Shown: positions 9,070-17,854 of the stretch, in pieces
Layout: every line of letters starts with the position of its first letter
Position numbering within the stretch: the first letter of the stretch is position 1
DNA from: Acidimicrobiales bacterium
GTDB lineage: Bacteria > Actinomycetota > Acidimicrobiia > Acidimicrobiales > VFJN01
Direction of reading: 5' to 3'
Assembly (NCBI GenBank): GCA_035265325.1
Contig: DATFOS010000172.1
Span: 5,653 to 69,652 of the forward strand
DNA length: 64,000 nucleotides
The notes under the pieces: generated by a model
Seen by the model: only the letters and a program-made list of their open reading frames with translations
What the model was told of the DNA's origin: nothing
Database searches by the model: none
Position numbers and translations under genes: made by a program

Positions 9070-10310
9070 GCGACATCGACCTTCTGGACCGCGACCGCTA
9101 CGTCGAGGGGGTACCGCACGAGTGGTTCACCCACCTGCGGCGGCACGCCCCCATCTACAAGCACCCGGAGCCCAACGGGCCCGGCTTCTGGGTCTTCTCC
9201 AAGTACGACGACGTCGTGGCCATCGGCCGCGACGCCGCCACGTTCTCCTCCGCCGCCGAGCGGGGCGGCGTGGTCATGCTCGAGGAACCGCCGGAGCCGG
9301 TCGACATGAGCCTCGGCGCCAACCTCATGCTGATGATGGACCCACCCGAGCACACCCGCTACCGCAAGCTGGTGAACCGGGGCTTCACGCCCCGCATGGT
9401 GACGGCGCTCGAGCCCCACATCCACGAGCTGACCACCAAGATCCTCGACGAGGCCCTGGCCAAGGGCGAGATCGACTTCGTCGTCGACATCGCCGCGGAA
9501 CTGCCGCTCCAGGTCATCGCCGAGATGATGGGCGTCCCGCTCGAGGACCGGCACGAGATCTTCGACTGGAGCAACAAGCTCGTCGGCAGCGAGGACCCCG
9601 AGTACGCGGTCACCGACGAGGACACCCTCAATGCCCAGGTCGGCATGTTCATGTACGCCCAGTCGCTGGCCGAGAAGAAGCGCAGCGCCCTCCAGGACGA
9701 CATCCTCTCCAAGCTGCTGACGGCCGACATCGACGGCGACGCCATGTCGGAGATGGACTTCAACGTCTTCTTCCTGCTGCTCGCCGTGGCCGGGAACGAG
9801 ACGACGCGCAACGCCCTGTCGCACGGCATGAACGCGTTCCTCGAGAACCCGGACCAGTTCCAGCGGCTCCGGGAGCACCCCGAGCTCATCGACACCACGG
9901 TCGAGGAGACCGTGCGGTGGGCGTCGCCGGTCATGTACTTCCGCCGCAACGTCACGCGCGACGTCGAGTACAAGGGCCACCAGCTGCGCGAGGGCGACAA
10001 GGTCGGCGTCTGGTACGCCTCGGCCAACCGCGACGAGGACGTGTTCGACGACCCGTTCAGCTTCGACATCGGCCGCGACCCCAACCCGCAGATCGGCTTC
10101 GGCGGCGGAGGGCCCCACCACTGCCTCGGCGCCAACCTGGCTCGCCTCGAGATCAAGGTGTTCTGGCAGGAGATGGCCCGGCGATTCGAACGGATCGAGC
10201 TGGCCGGCGACGTGGCCCGCCTGCGGTCCATGTTCATCGGCGGCATCAAGCACCTGCCCGTCCGCCTCGACCCGGTCAAGGCCACGGCGAGCGCGGCGGA
10301 CGCCCGGTGA
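9060..10310 (+). CDS. cyp125: cytochrome P450, CYP125-like steroid C26-monooxygenase
   Basis: Heme loop [17 protein letters not shown]-helix [17 protein letters not shown] (ExxR), and DPEYA / ADIDGD segments as in CYP125. Internal ATG of ORF 8373..10310. Confidence 0.75.
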   Translation: MDLSDIDLLDRDRYVEGVPHEWFTHLRRHAPIYKHPEPNGPGFWVFSKYDDVVAIGRDAATFSSAAERGGVVMLEEPPEPVDMSLGANLMLMMDPPEHTRYRKLVNRGFTPRMVTALEPHIHELTTKILDEALAKGEIDFVVDIAAELPLQVIAEMMGVPLEDRHEIFDWSNKLVGSEDPEYAVTDEDTLNAQVGMFMYAQSLAEKKRSALQDDILSKLLTADIDGDAMSEMDFNVFFLLLAVAGNETTRNALSHGMNAFLENPDQFQRLREHPELIDTTVEETVRWASPVMYFRRNVTRDVEYKGHQLREGDKVGVWYASANRDEDVFDDPFSFDIGRDPNPQIGFGGGGPHHCLGANLARLEIKVFWQEMARRFERIELAGDVARLRSMFIGGIKHLPVRLDPVKATASAADAR

Positions 10311-11149
10311 GCGAGCCGCACCTGCTGACCGAGCGCGTGGGCCATGCGCTCGTCGTCACCATGAACCGGCCGGAGGCGCGCAACGCCCTGTCGGGCGAGA
10401 TGCTCGCCGGCATGTCGGAGGCGTGGGACCGGGTCAACGAGGACCGCGACATCCGGGTGGCCGTCCTCACCGGCGCCGGCGGGGCGTTCTGCGCCGGCGC
10501 CGACCTCAAGGCGATGACGGAGATGCACCCGGGGGACTCGTTCAGGTCGGACCAGGAGGCCGCGGCCGCCGGCGACGGCGACGCGGTGGCGGCCAGCCGG
10601 ACCACCGGCATCGCCGACGGCGTGATCAAGCCGCTGCTCAAGGGCTTCCGCCTCACCAAGCCGCTGATCGCCGCGGTGGAGGGGGCGGCCGTGGCCGGTG
10701 GCACCGAGATCCTCCAGGCCACCGACATCCGGGTAGCCGGGGAGAGCGCCCGGTTCGGCGTGTCCGAGGTGCGCTGGTCGCTGTTCCCGCTCGGCGGCTC
10801 GACGGTGCGGCTGCGGCGGCAGGTGCCCTACACGCTGGCCGCCGACATCCTCCTCACCGGCCGGCACCTGCGGGCGCCGGAGGCCAAGGAGATCGGCCTC
10901 ATCGGCCACGTGGTGCCGGACGGCCAGGCGCTCGAACGGGCCCTGGAGATCGCCGAGACGATCTGCGCCAACGGCCCCGTGGCCGTGCAGGCCGTGCTGC
11001 GGGCGCTGCGCGAGACCGAGTCGCTGCCCGAGGACGAGGCCATGAAGGTCGAGAGCCGCATCGGCATGGAGGTCTTCATGAGCCAGGACGCCAAGGAGGG
11101 CCCGCGGGCCTTCATGGAGAAGCGCACGCCGGTCTTCGAGGGCCGGTGA
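10307..11149 (+). CDS. enoyl-CoA hydratase/isomerase (crotonase) family protein
   Basis: [47 protein letters not shown] overlap with the P450. Confidence 0.85.
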   Translation: MSEPHLLTERVGHALVVTMNRPEARNALSGEMLAGMSEAWDRVNEDRDIRVAVLTGAGGAFCAGADLKAMTEMHPGDSFRSDQEAAAAGDGDAVAASRTTGIADGVIKPLLKGFRLTKPLIAAVEGAAVAGGTEILQATDIRVAGESARFGVSEVRWSLFPLGGSTVRLRRQVPYTLAADILLTGRHLRAPEAKEIGLIGHVVPDGQALERALEIAETICANGPVAVQAVLRALRETESLPEDEAMKVESRIGMEVFMSQDAKEGPRAFMEKRTPVFEGR

Positions 11150-11170
11150 CGCAGATCGTACGCTGGTGAC

Positions 11171-11800
11171 GTGGTCAGGGCCGTCGACGGGTCCCCCCTG
11201 AGCGAGAAGCAGCTGGCGCGACGCCAGCGGGTGATCCGCGCCGCGCTGCTGCTGGCGGCCGAGGGCGGCTACGACGCCGTCCACATGCGCGACGTGGCCT
11301 CGGCGTCCGACGTGGCGCTGGGCACGATCTACCGCTACTTCTCCTCCAAGGACCACCTGCTCGCCGCCGCACTCGGCGAGTGGACCGCCGAACTGCGCCA
11401 GCGTGTCGCCCGCCAGCCGGCCCGGGGCGACACCCCCGCCGACCGGGTGGTCGACGTGCTGCGCCGGGCGTGCCGGGCCATCGAGCGCCACCCCACCCTG
11501 ACCAGCGCCCTCGTCCGGGCGCTCGGCACCAACGACGCCGGCGTGAGCGAGTCGGCCCACGAGGTGAGCGAGCAGATCCGCGGCATCACGGCCCCCCTGC
11601 TCGTCGACCTGTCGGCCGGCGAGCTCGACGACATCCTCGCCGTGCTCCAGCACGTCTGGTACTCGACGCTCATCAGCTGGGCCAACGGCCGCCGCGACGT
11701 ACGCACGATCGGCGAGGAGCTCGAGCGCGCCGCCCGTCTGCTCCTGGCCCCGTACTCCACCCTGAGCCCGGCGACGCCGGCCCGCAGCCGCGCCAGCTGA
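11171..11800 (+). CDS. kstR: TetR-family repressor, KstR ortholog
   Basis: HTH GGYDAVHMRDVASASDVALGTIYRYFSSKDHLL and C-terminal VWYSTLISWANGRRD resemble M. tuberculosis KstR. KstR-type operators are present in the window. Confidence 0.75.
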   Translation: MVRAVDGSPLSEKQLARRQRVIRAALLLAAEGGYDAVHMRDVASASDVALGTIYRYFSSKDHLLAAALGEWTAELRQRVARQPARGDTPADRVVDVLRRACRAIERHPTLTSALVRALGTNDAGVSESAHEVSEQIRGITAPLLVDLSAGELDDILAVLQHVWYSTLISWANGRRDVRTIGEELERAARLLLAPYSTLSPATPARSRAS

Positions 11801-11850
11801 GCCGTCCGTCGGTGCGCCGGAGCCCTCGGGGCCCTCGGGTCTCGGGCCGC

Positions 11851-13404
11851 TCAGATGGCCCGGTCGCGGCCCGCCCAGTAGGGGTCGCGCAACTTGCGCT
11901 TGAAGAGCTTGCCGCTCGGGTCGCGCGGCATCTCGTCCGTGTAGTCGATCGTGCGGGGGATCTTGAACTTCCCCAGGTGCTGCCGGCAGTGGGCCATCAG
12001 CTCCGCGGTGAGCTCCTCGCCGGGTTCGACGCGGGCCGCCGGCTCGACCACGGCCTTGATCTCCTCGCCCCAGTCCTCGTGGGGGATGCCGAACACCGCC
12101 ACGTCGCCGACCTTCGGGTGCGTCAGGAACGCCGCCTCGATCTCGGCCGGGTAGATGTTCACCCCGCCCGAGATGATCATGTCGGACTTGCGGTCCCGCA
12201 GGAACAGGTAGCCGTCGTCGTCCAGCTCGCCCATGTCGCCGACGGTAAAGAAGCCGTCGCGGCGGCTGCCCTCGGTCTTGGCCCGGTCCTTGTGGTACTC
12301 GAACCCGGCCGCCTCGGGCAGCTTCATGTAGACGGTGCCGATCCGACCCGGGGGCAGCTGGGCGCCCTCCTCGTCCAGGATGCGCACCTCGCTGCCGGGC
12401 CAGGCCTTCCCCACCGTCCCGGGCCGCTCGAGCCATTCCTCGGGCGTCACGATCGTGCCGCCGCCCTCGGTGGCGGCGTAGTACTCCCAGATCGTCGGCC
12501 CCCACCACGCCAGCATCCGGCGCTTGATCTCGGGCGGGCACGGGGCGGCGGCGTGCACCATGCAGCGCAGCGACGACACGTCGTAGCGGTCCTTGACCTC
12601 GTCGGGCAGCGCCAGCAGGCGGTGGAACTGCGTCGGCACCATGTGGGTCGTCGTGACCCGGTACCGGTCGATGAGCCGGAGCATCAGCTCGGGCTCCCAC
12701 CTGTCCATCAGCACGACCGGGTGGCCGAGGTGGAGCGACGTCGACGAGAACAGCAGGACGGCCGTGTGGTAGAGCGGCGAGCAGCAGATGTGGACGTGGC
12801 CGTCGCCCGGCTGGATGCCGAACATGCCGAGGAACATCGCGACGCCGGCGGCCTGCTGCTCGGGGGCGATGGGGTGCAGCGTGCGGCGCACGCCCTTGGG
12901 CCGGCCGGTCGTGCCCGACGTGTAGTGCATCGGCGCACCGGCGACGCGGTCGGCGGGCAGGTCGTCGGGCCGGCCGGCGGTCAGCTCGGCCAGGGGCCGG
13001 AAGCCGCGCACGTCGCCCACGGCGAAGCGTCCCGCGGCGTCGAGGTCGAGCTCCTTGGCGGCCGCCTCGGCGACCTCGGCGAAGCGCTCGTGCACGACGA
13101 GCGCCGTCGCCCCGCAGTCGTTCGTGATGTACGCCACCTCGGGCCCGGCCAGGTGGTGGTTGATCGGCGTGATGTACCAGCCGGCCTGGGTGGCGGCGAA
13201 GTAGAGGGCGTACATCTCGACGCTGTTCGGCAGCAGCGTCGCGATGCCGTCACCCGGCCGCAGGCCGAGGTCGCGGAGGCCGTGCACGAGGCGGTTCGCC
13301 TCGGCCAACAGCTCGCCGAACGTGACCTCCCGCCCGTCGGGATCGACGACGGCGAGGTCGTCCGGCCGCTGTTGCCCGTGCGTCCAGAACCCGATGTCGG
13401 TCAC
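11851..13404 (-). CDS. acyl-CoA synthetase (AMP-forming), FadD17/FadD19-like steroid side-chain ligase
   Basis: AMP motifs YTSGTTGRPKGV, YYAATEGGG, GDMGELDDDGYLFLRDRKSDMIISGGVNIYP. The start is GTG 13404 or ATG 13431, and the latter overlaps the operator. Confidence 0.8.
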   Translation of the reverse strand: MTDIGFWTHGQQRPDDLAVVDPDGREVTFGELLAEANRLVHGLRDLGLRPGDGIATLLPNSVEMYALYFAATQAGWYITPINHHLAGPEVAYITNDCGATALVVHERFAEVAEAAAKELDLDAAGRFAVGDVRGFRPLAELTAGRPDDLPADRVAGAPMHYTSGTTGRPKGVRRTLHPIAPEQQAAGVAMFLGMFGIQPGDGHVHICCSPLYHTAVLLFSSTSLHLGHPVVLMDRWEPELMLRLIDRYRVTTTHMVPTQFHRLLALPDEVKDRYDVSSLRCMVHAAAPCPPEIKRRMLAWWGPTIWEYYAATEGGGTIVTPEEWLERPGTVGKAWPGSEVRILDEEGAQLPPGRIGTVYMKLPEAAGFEYHKDRAKTEGSRRDGFFTVGDMGELDDDGYLFLRDRKSDMIISGGVNIYPAEIEAAFLTHPKVGDVAVFGIPHEDWGEEIKAVVEPAARVEPGEELTAELMAHCRQHLGKFKIPRTIDYTDEMPRDPSGKLFKRKLRDPYWAGRDRAI

Positions 13405-13415
13405 CCGGCCGACAC

Positions 13416-13429
13416 TAGAACCCGTTCTC
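13416..13429. promoter_or_regulatory. KstR-type operator upstream of the acyl-CoA synthetase gene
   Basis: TAGAACCCGTTCTC. It lies 12 nt from GTG 13404 and overlaps the alternative ATG 13431. Confidence 0.75.
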
Positions 13430-13440
13430 ATCACCGGCAA

Positions 13441-13464
13441 CGGGCCGGGCCGGCGGGCGGCCCG
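13441..13464 (-). terminator. GC-rich hairpin downstream of the LLM gene
   Basis: 7-bp stem CGGGCCG/CGGCCCG with a 10-nt loop, between the stop at 13485 and the KstR operator. No U-tract. Confidence 0.3.
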
Positions 13465-13484
13465 GTGGCCGGGACCGGTAGGGC

Positions 13485-14522
13485 TCAGGCGCCGAGGACG
13501 GCCTCGGCGATGCGCCGCAGGTCGGCACCGGGCGTGGCCATGACCACGAGCATCGTCACGCCCGCCTCCTCCCACATGGCCAGGTCGTCGCGGATCTTGG
13601 CGACCGGCCCCACGAGCGAGACGTCCTCGGCCAGCCGGGTCGGCACGGCGGCGATCGCCTCGTCGCGGCGCCCCTCGAGGAACAGCGACTGCACCTCCTC
13701 CACCTCGGCCTCGTAGCCCATGCGGGCGAAGACGTCCTTGTGGAAGTTCATGTCCTTGGCACCCATGCCGCCGATGTAGAAGCCGAGCGTCGGCCGCATC
13801 GCCTCGAGGGCGGGCGCCGCGTCGTCGGTCACGATCACCGCGCAGTTGGCCGCCACGTCGAAGCGCTCGGGGGCGCCGCCGGGCCGGCGGGCGAAGCCCT
13901 CCTCCAGCCAGCCGCGGTAGGTCCCGGCGACGCGGGGCGAGAAGTAGATCGGCAGCCAGCCGTCGGCGATCTCCCCCGTCAGGGCCACGTTCTTCGGGCC
14001 CTCGGCGCCGAGCCAGATGGGCACGTCCGCACGGAGCGGGTGCACGATCGACTTGAGCGGCTTGCCCAGCCCGAGCGACCCCGGCCCGTCGTAGGGCACC
14101 GGGTGGTGGGGCCCGTCGTTCGTCACCGGGCCCCGGCGCGCCAGCACCTGGCGGATGATGCCGACGTACTCCCGCGTGCGGGCCAGCGGCTTCGCGAAGG
14201 GCTGGCCGTACCAGCCCTCCACCACCTGCGGGCCCGACACGCCCATCCCGAGGATCAGCCGGCCGCCCGAGAGGTGGTCGAGGGTGAGCGCGGCCATGGC
14301 GGTGCCCGTGGGCGTGCGCGCCGACATCTGCACGATCGAGGTGCCGAGGCGGATGCGCTCGGTGTGCGACCCCCACCACGCCAGCGGCGAGAACGCGTCG
14401 GACCCGTAGGCCTCGGCGGTGAAGACGGCGTCGAAGCCGAGCCGCTCGGCCTCGAGGATCGTGTCGAGCACGCCCGACGGCGGCTGCGCCGGCCAGTAGC
14501 CGAGCTGGAGTCCGAGCTGCAT
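13485..14522 (-). CDS. LLM-class oxidoreductase, probably F420-dependent (Rv3520c-like position)
   Basis: 345 aa. LGFDAVFTAEAYGSDAF, GRLILGMGVSGPQVVEGWYG. Divergent from the DUF35-ltp genes, as recalled for Rv3520c/Rv3521. Confidence 0.8.
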   Translation of the reverse strand: MQLGLQLGYWPAQPPSGVLDTILEAERLGFDAVFTAEAYGSDAFSPLAWWGSHTERIRLGTSIVQMSARTPTGTAMAALTLDHLSGGRLILGMGVSGPQVVEGWYGQPFAKPLARTREYVGIIRQVLARRGPVTNDGPHHPVPYDGPGSLGLGKPLKSIVHPLRADVPIWLGAEGPKNVALTGEIADGWLPIYFSPRVAGTYRGWLEEGFARRPGGAPERFDVAANCAVIVTDDAAPALEAMRPTLGFYIGGMGAKDMNFHKDVFARMGYEAEVEEVQSLFLEGRRDEAIAAVPTRLAEDVSLVGPVAKIRDDLAMWEEAGVTMLVVMATPGADLRRIAEAVLGA

Positions 14523-14556
14523 GGACGCGAGCGTACCGATCGCTTGCCGCCGAAAC

Positions 14557-14570
14557 TAGAATGTGTTCTC
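14557..14570. promoter_or_regulatory. KstR-type operator in the divergent LLM / DUF35-ltp promoter region
   Basis: TAGAATGTGTTCTC inside a 56-nt divergent gap. Confidence 0.7.
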
Positions 14571-14578
14571 ATTCCGCG

Positions 14579-15019
14579 GTGAGCGAGCTGCGCACCACCG
14601 AGACCCGGCTCGAGTTCCCGTACACCCGCACGGTGGGCGCCGTCTTCGGCGGCTACCTGGCGGCCCTGCGGGAGCGGCGCCTGGTCGGTATCCGAGGCGG
14701 CGACGGGCGGGTGCTGGTGCCGCCGGTCGAGTACGACCCCGAGACGGGCGCCTCGCTCGGCACCGACCTCGTGGAGGTCGGTCCCGAGGGCACCGTGCTG
14801 TCGTGGACCTGGGTCCCCGAGCCCCGCCCGAAGCACCCACTCGACCGGCCCTTCGCCTTCGCCCTGGTCCGGCCGGACGGGGCCGACACCGCCATGGTCC
14901 ACGCCGTCGACGCCGGGTCGCCCGACGCCGTGTCGACCGGCATGCGGGTCCGCCCCCGCTGGCGGGACGAACCGACCGGCCTCGTCACCGACCTCGAGGC
15001 CTGGGAGCCGCTGCCGTGA
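14579..15019 (+). CDS. DUF35 OB-fold protein lacking the zinc ribbon
   Basis: OB-fold pattern (GTVLSWTWV, FAFALVRPDGADTAMVHAV, GMRVRPRW). No CxxC pairs. GTG 14579 is preferred over ATG 14561, which lies inside the operator. Confidence 0.7.
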   Translation: MSELRTTETRLEFPYTRTVGAVFGGYLAALRERRLVGIRGGDGRVLVPPVEYDPETGASLGTDLVEVGPEGTVLSWTWVPEPRPKHPLDRPFAFALVRPDGADTAMVHAVDAGSPDAVSTGMRVRPRWRDEPTGLVTDLEAWEPLP

Positions 15020-15555
15020 GCGTCGCCAAGGAAGACCTGGTCATGACCCACCTCGTGTCGCTGACCTACCGCGACACGCTGCCGCCGACGCTGAACCGCT
15101 TCGTCGACGGCCTCTTCGACGGCCGCATCGTCGGGCACCGCTGCCCGTCGTGCCGGCGGGTGTACGTGCCGCCGCGCGGCTACTGCCCGCTGTGCGTCGT
15201 GACGACCGGGCCCGACGACGAGGTCGAGGTGTCCGACCGCGGCATCCTCACCGGCTTCACGGTGATCACGCCCGTGGCGTACTACGGCCAGCAGGCCACC
15301 GACCCGTTCGTCCACGCCTCTGTCCGCCTCGACGGCGCCGACACGACGCTCGTGGGCGTCGACATCACCGGCGTCCCCCACGACCAGCTGCACATGGGCC
15401 TGCGGGTCCGGGCGGTGTGGAAGCCCGAGGAGGAGCGCACCGCCGAGGGCATCACGAGCCGCGGGTGGGGCGGCGTCACGACGTTCATCGACTCCTTCGA
15501 GGCGACCGGCGAGCCCGACGCGGACCCGAAGGACTACCAGGAGCACATGTTCTGA
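15016..15555 (+). CDS. DUF35 OB-fold protein with Zn ribbon
   Basis: CPSCRRVYVPPRGYCPLC zinc ribbon followed by an OB fold (GILTGFTVI, GLRVRAVW). GTGA overlap upstream and TGATG overlap downstream. ATG 15043 is an alternative start. Confidence 0.75.
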   Translation: MSVAKEDLVMTHLVSLTYRDTLPPTLNRFVDGLFDGRIVGHRCPSCRRVYVPPRGYCPLCVVTTGPDDEVEVSDRGILTGFTVITPVAYYGQQATDPFVHASVRLDGADTTLVGVDITGVPHDQLHMGLRVRAVWKPEEERTAEGITSRGWGGVTTFIDSFEATGEPDADPKDYQEHMF

Positions 15556-16625
15556 TGCCCGCCGACATCGGCTCCACCGACATCGCCGTCGTCGGGTTCG
15601 CCCAGATGCCGGCCGTGCGCCGGTCCATCGAGACCGAGGTCCAGATGCTGGTCCCGGTCATCACCGAGGCCATCACCATGGCCGGGATCGACCGCCGCGA
15701 GATCGGCTTCACCTGCTCGGGGAGCTGCGACTACCTGACCGGCGGCCCGTTCGCCTTCGTGCAGAACCTGGAGGCCGCCGGGGCGTGGCCGCCGATCGCC
15801 GAGTCGCACGTCGAGATGGACGGCGCCTGGGCGCTCTACGAGGCCTGGGTGCGCCTGCTGCACGGCGACATCGACACGGCCCTGGTGTTCGGCTCGGGCA
15901 AGTCGTCGGCATCCGAGCCCCTCGACCTGTGGCCCCAGCAGCTCGACCCGTACCACCTGGCGCCGCTCGGGGTGGACCCGGCGTCGCTCGCCGGCCTCCA
16001 GGCCCAGGCCGTGCTCGACACCGGTCGCGCCACCGAGCGCGACCTGGCCGAGGTGGTGGCCCGCAGCCGCCGCAACGCCCTGGCCAACCCCCACGCCCAG
16101 CTGCGGGGCGAGGTCGACGTCGACGCCCTGCTGGCCGAGCCCTACGTGCGCCAGCCGCTCCGCCGCCACGACCTCGGGCCCATCTCGGACGGAGCGGCCG
16201 CCCTGGTGCTGGCCCGTGGCGAGCGCGCCCGCCAGCTGTGCGAGCGGCCCGCCTGGATCCGGGGCATCGACCACCGCACCGAGCCGCACCTGCCCGGCCT
16301 GCGCGACCTCACGACGTCGGCCTCGACGGCGCTGGCCGCCCGCAAGGCGGGCTACGACGGCGGGCCGCTCGACGTGGCCGAGCTGCACGCCCCGTTCAGC
16401 GTGCAGGAGGTGGTGCTGGCCCAGTCCCTCGGCCTGCCCGAGGGGACCGACGTCAACCCGTCCGGCGGGGCGCTGGCCGCCAACATCGTCATGGCCGCCG
16501 GGCTCATCCGCATCATCGAGGCGTCCGCCCGGATCATGGACGGCTCCGCCTCCCGGGCGCTGGCCCACGCCACCAACGGCCAGCTGCTCCAGCACAACCT
16601 CGTCTGCCTCCTGGAGGGATCCTGA
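15555..16625 (+). CDS. ltp4: thiolase-like lipid-transfer protein (Ltp4-like)
   Basis: SCP-x/thiolase-like fold (VNPSGGALAANIVMAAGLIRIIEA). Size and order after DUF35 match Rv3522. Confidence 0.7.
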   Translation: MPADIGSTDIAVVGFAQMPAVRRSIETEVQMLVPVITEAITMAGIDRREIGFTCSGSCDYLTGGPFAFVQNLEAAGAWPPIAESHVEMDGAWALYEAWVRLLHGDIDTALVFGSGKSSASEPLDLWPQQLDPYHLAPLGVDPASLAGLQAQAVLDTGRATERDLAEVVARSRRNALANPHAQLRGEVDVDALLAEPYVRQPLRRHDLGPISDGAAALVLARGERARQLCERPAWIRGIDHRTEPHLPGLRDLTTSASTALAARKAGYDGGPLDVAELHAPFSVQEVVLAQSLGLPEGTDVNPSGGALAANIVMAAGLIRIIEASARIMDGSASRALAHATNGQLLQHNLVCLLEGS

Positions 16626-17770
16626 TGGCCGAGCGCTGCGCCGTCGTCGGCGTGGGACAGACCCACTTCGCCAAGCGACGAGACGACGTGTCGATGCCCG
16701 GCCTTTTGCGCGAGGCGATCGACCGGGCCCTCGAGGACGCCGAGCTCGCGCTGGCCGACATCGACGCCGTGGTCATCGGCAAGGCGCCCGACGCCTTCGA
16801 GGGCATCATCCAGCCCGAGCTGTTCCTGGCGGACGCACTGGGCGCCACCGGCAAGCCGCTGTTGCGGGTGCACACCGCGGGCAGCGTGGGCGGGTCGACG
16901 TTCATCGTCGGCGCCCACCTCGTGCAGTCGCGCATCCACCGGCGTGTGCTGGCCGTGGCGTGGGAGAAGCAGTCGGAGGGCAACGCCCAGTGGGGCCTGG
17001 CCGGCGGGCGCAGCAGCGGCATCGGCGCCGGCGGCGCCTTCGCCCCCTGGATCCGCGCCTACATCGAGCGCAGCGGCGCGCCCGAGCACGTCGGCTGGAT
17101 GGTGGCGGTGAAGGACCGCAAGAACGCCTGCAAGAACCCCTACGCCCACATCCGCCGCGACGACATCACGCTCGAGACGGTGCGCGAGTCCCCCATGCTG
17201 TGGGACCCGCTGCGCTTCCTCGAGTCCTGCCCGTCCTCCGACGGGGCGTGCGCCGTCGTGCTCACCGACGAGGCCGGCGGGCGGGCGGCGCCCCGGCCGG
17301 CGGCGTGGGTCGATGCGACCTCGGTGCGCAGCGAGCTGGGCCAGTTCCCCGGTCGCAACCCGGTGCGGCCCCAGGCCGGCGTCGAGTGCTCGGCCGACGT
17401 GTACCGCCTGGCCGGCATCACCGACCCGCGGGCGCAGATCGACGTGGCCGAGCTGTACGTGCCGTTCAGCTGGTACGAGCCCATGTGGCTCGAGGGCCAC
17501 GACATCGCCGGGCCGGGCGAGGGCTGGAAGATGGTCGACAGCGGCGAGACCGAGCTCGGCGGGGCGTTCCCGGTGAACCCGTCCGGCGGCGTGCTGTCGA
17601 CGAACGCCATCGGCGCCTCGGGGCTCGTCCGCTTCGCCGAGGCGGCGCTGCAGGTGCGGGGCCTCGCCGGCGAGCACCAGGTCGACGGCGCCCGCACGGC
17701 GCTGGCCCAGGCCTACGGCGGCGCCGCCCAGTACTTCGCCCTGGGCATCCTGCGCAGCGAGCCCACCTGA
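16625..17770 (+). CDS. ltp3: thiolase-like lipid-transfer protein (Ltp3-like)
   Basis: MAERCAVVGVGQTHF, VNPSGGVLSTNAIGASGLVRFAEA. TGATG coupling to the previous gene. Confidence 0.7.
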   Translation: MAERCAVVGVGQTHFAKRRDDVSMPGLLREAIDRALEDAELALADIDAVVIGKAPDAFEGIIQPELFLADALGATGKPLLRVHTAGSVGGSTFIVGAHLVQSRIHRRVLAVAWEKQSEGNAQWGLAGGRSSGIGAGGAFAPWIRAYIERSGAPEHVGWMVAVKDRKNACKNPYAHIRRDDITLETVRESPMLWDPLRFLESCPSSDGACAVVLTDEAGGRAAPRPAAWVDATSVRSELGQFPGRNPVRPQAGVECSADVYRLAGITDPRAQIDVAELYVPFSWYEPMWLEGHDIAGPGEGWKMVDSGETELGGAFPVNPSGGVLSTNAIGASGLVRFAEAALQVRGLAGEHQVDGARTALAQAYGGAAQYFALGILRSEPT

Positions 17771-17774
17771 TCAC

Positions 17775-17810
17775 CCGGGCGGCGCCGGCCTGGTCGGCGG
17801 CGCCGCCCGG
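17775..17810. terminator. strong GC hairpin in the convergent gap after ltp3
   Basis: 13-bp perfect stem CCGGGCGGCGCCG / CGGCGCCGCCCGG with a 10-nt loop, starting 5 nt after the stop at 17770. No U-tract. Confidence 0.5.
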
Positions 17811-17854
17811 TGCCCGGGGGGCGGCGGGCTCCCCGACCCGGACGCCGCCCGCGC

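Noticed and set aside
11822-11847. Tandem GCCCTCGGG GCCCTCGGG TCTCGGG in the convergent gap between kstR and the acyl-CoA synthetase gene.
   Set aside because: Only short (4-5 bp) stems can be drawn, so it is not convincing as a bidirectional terminator. It is too short to call a repeat element.
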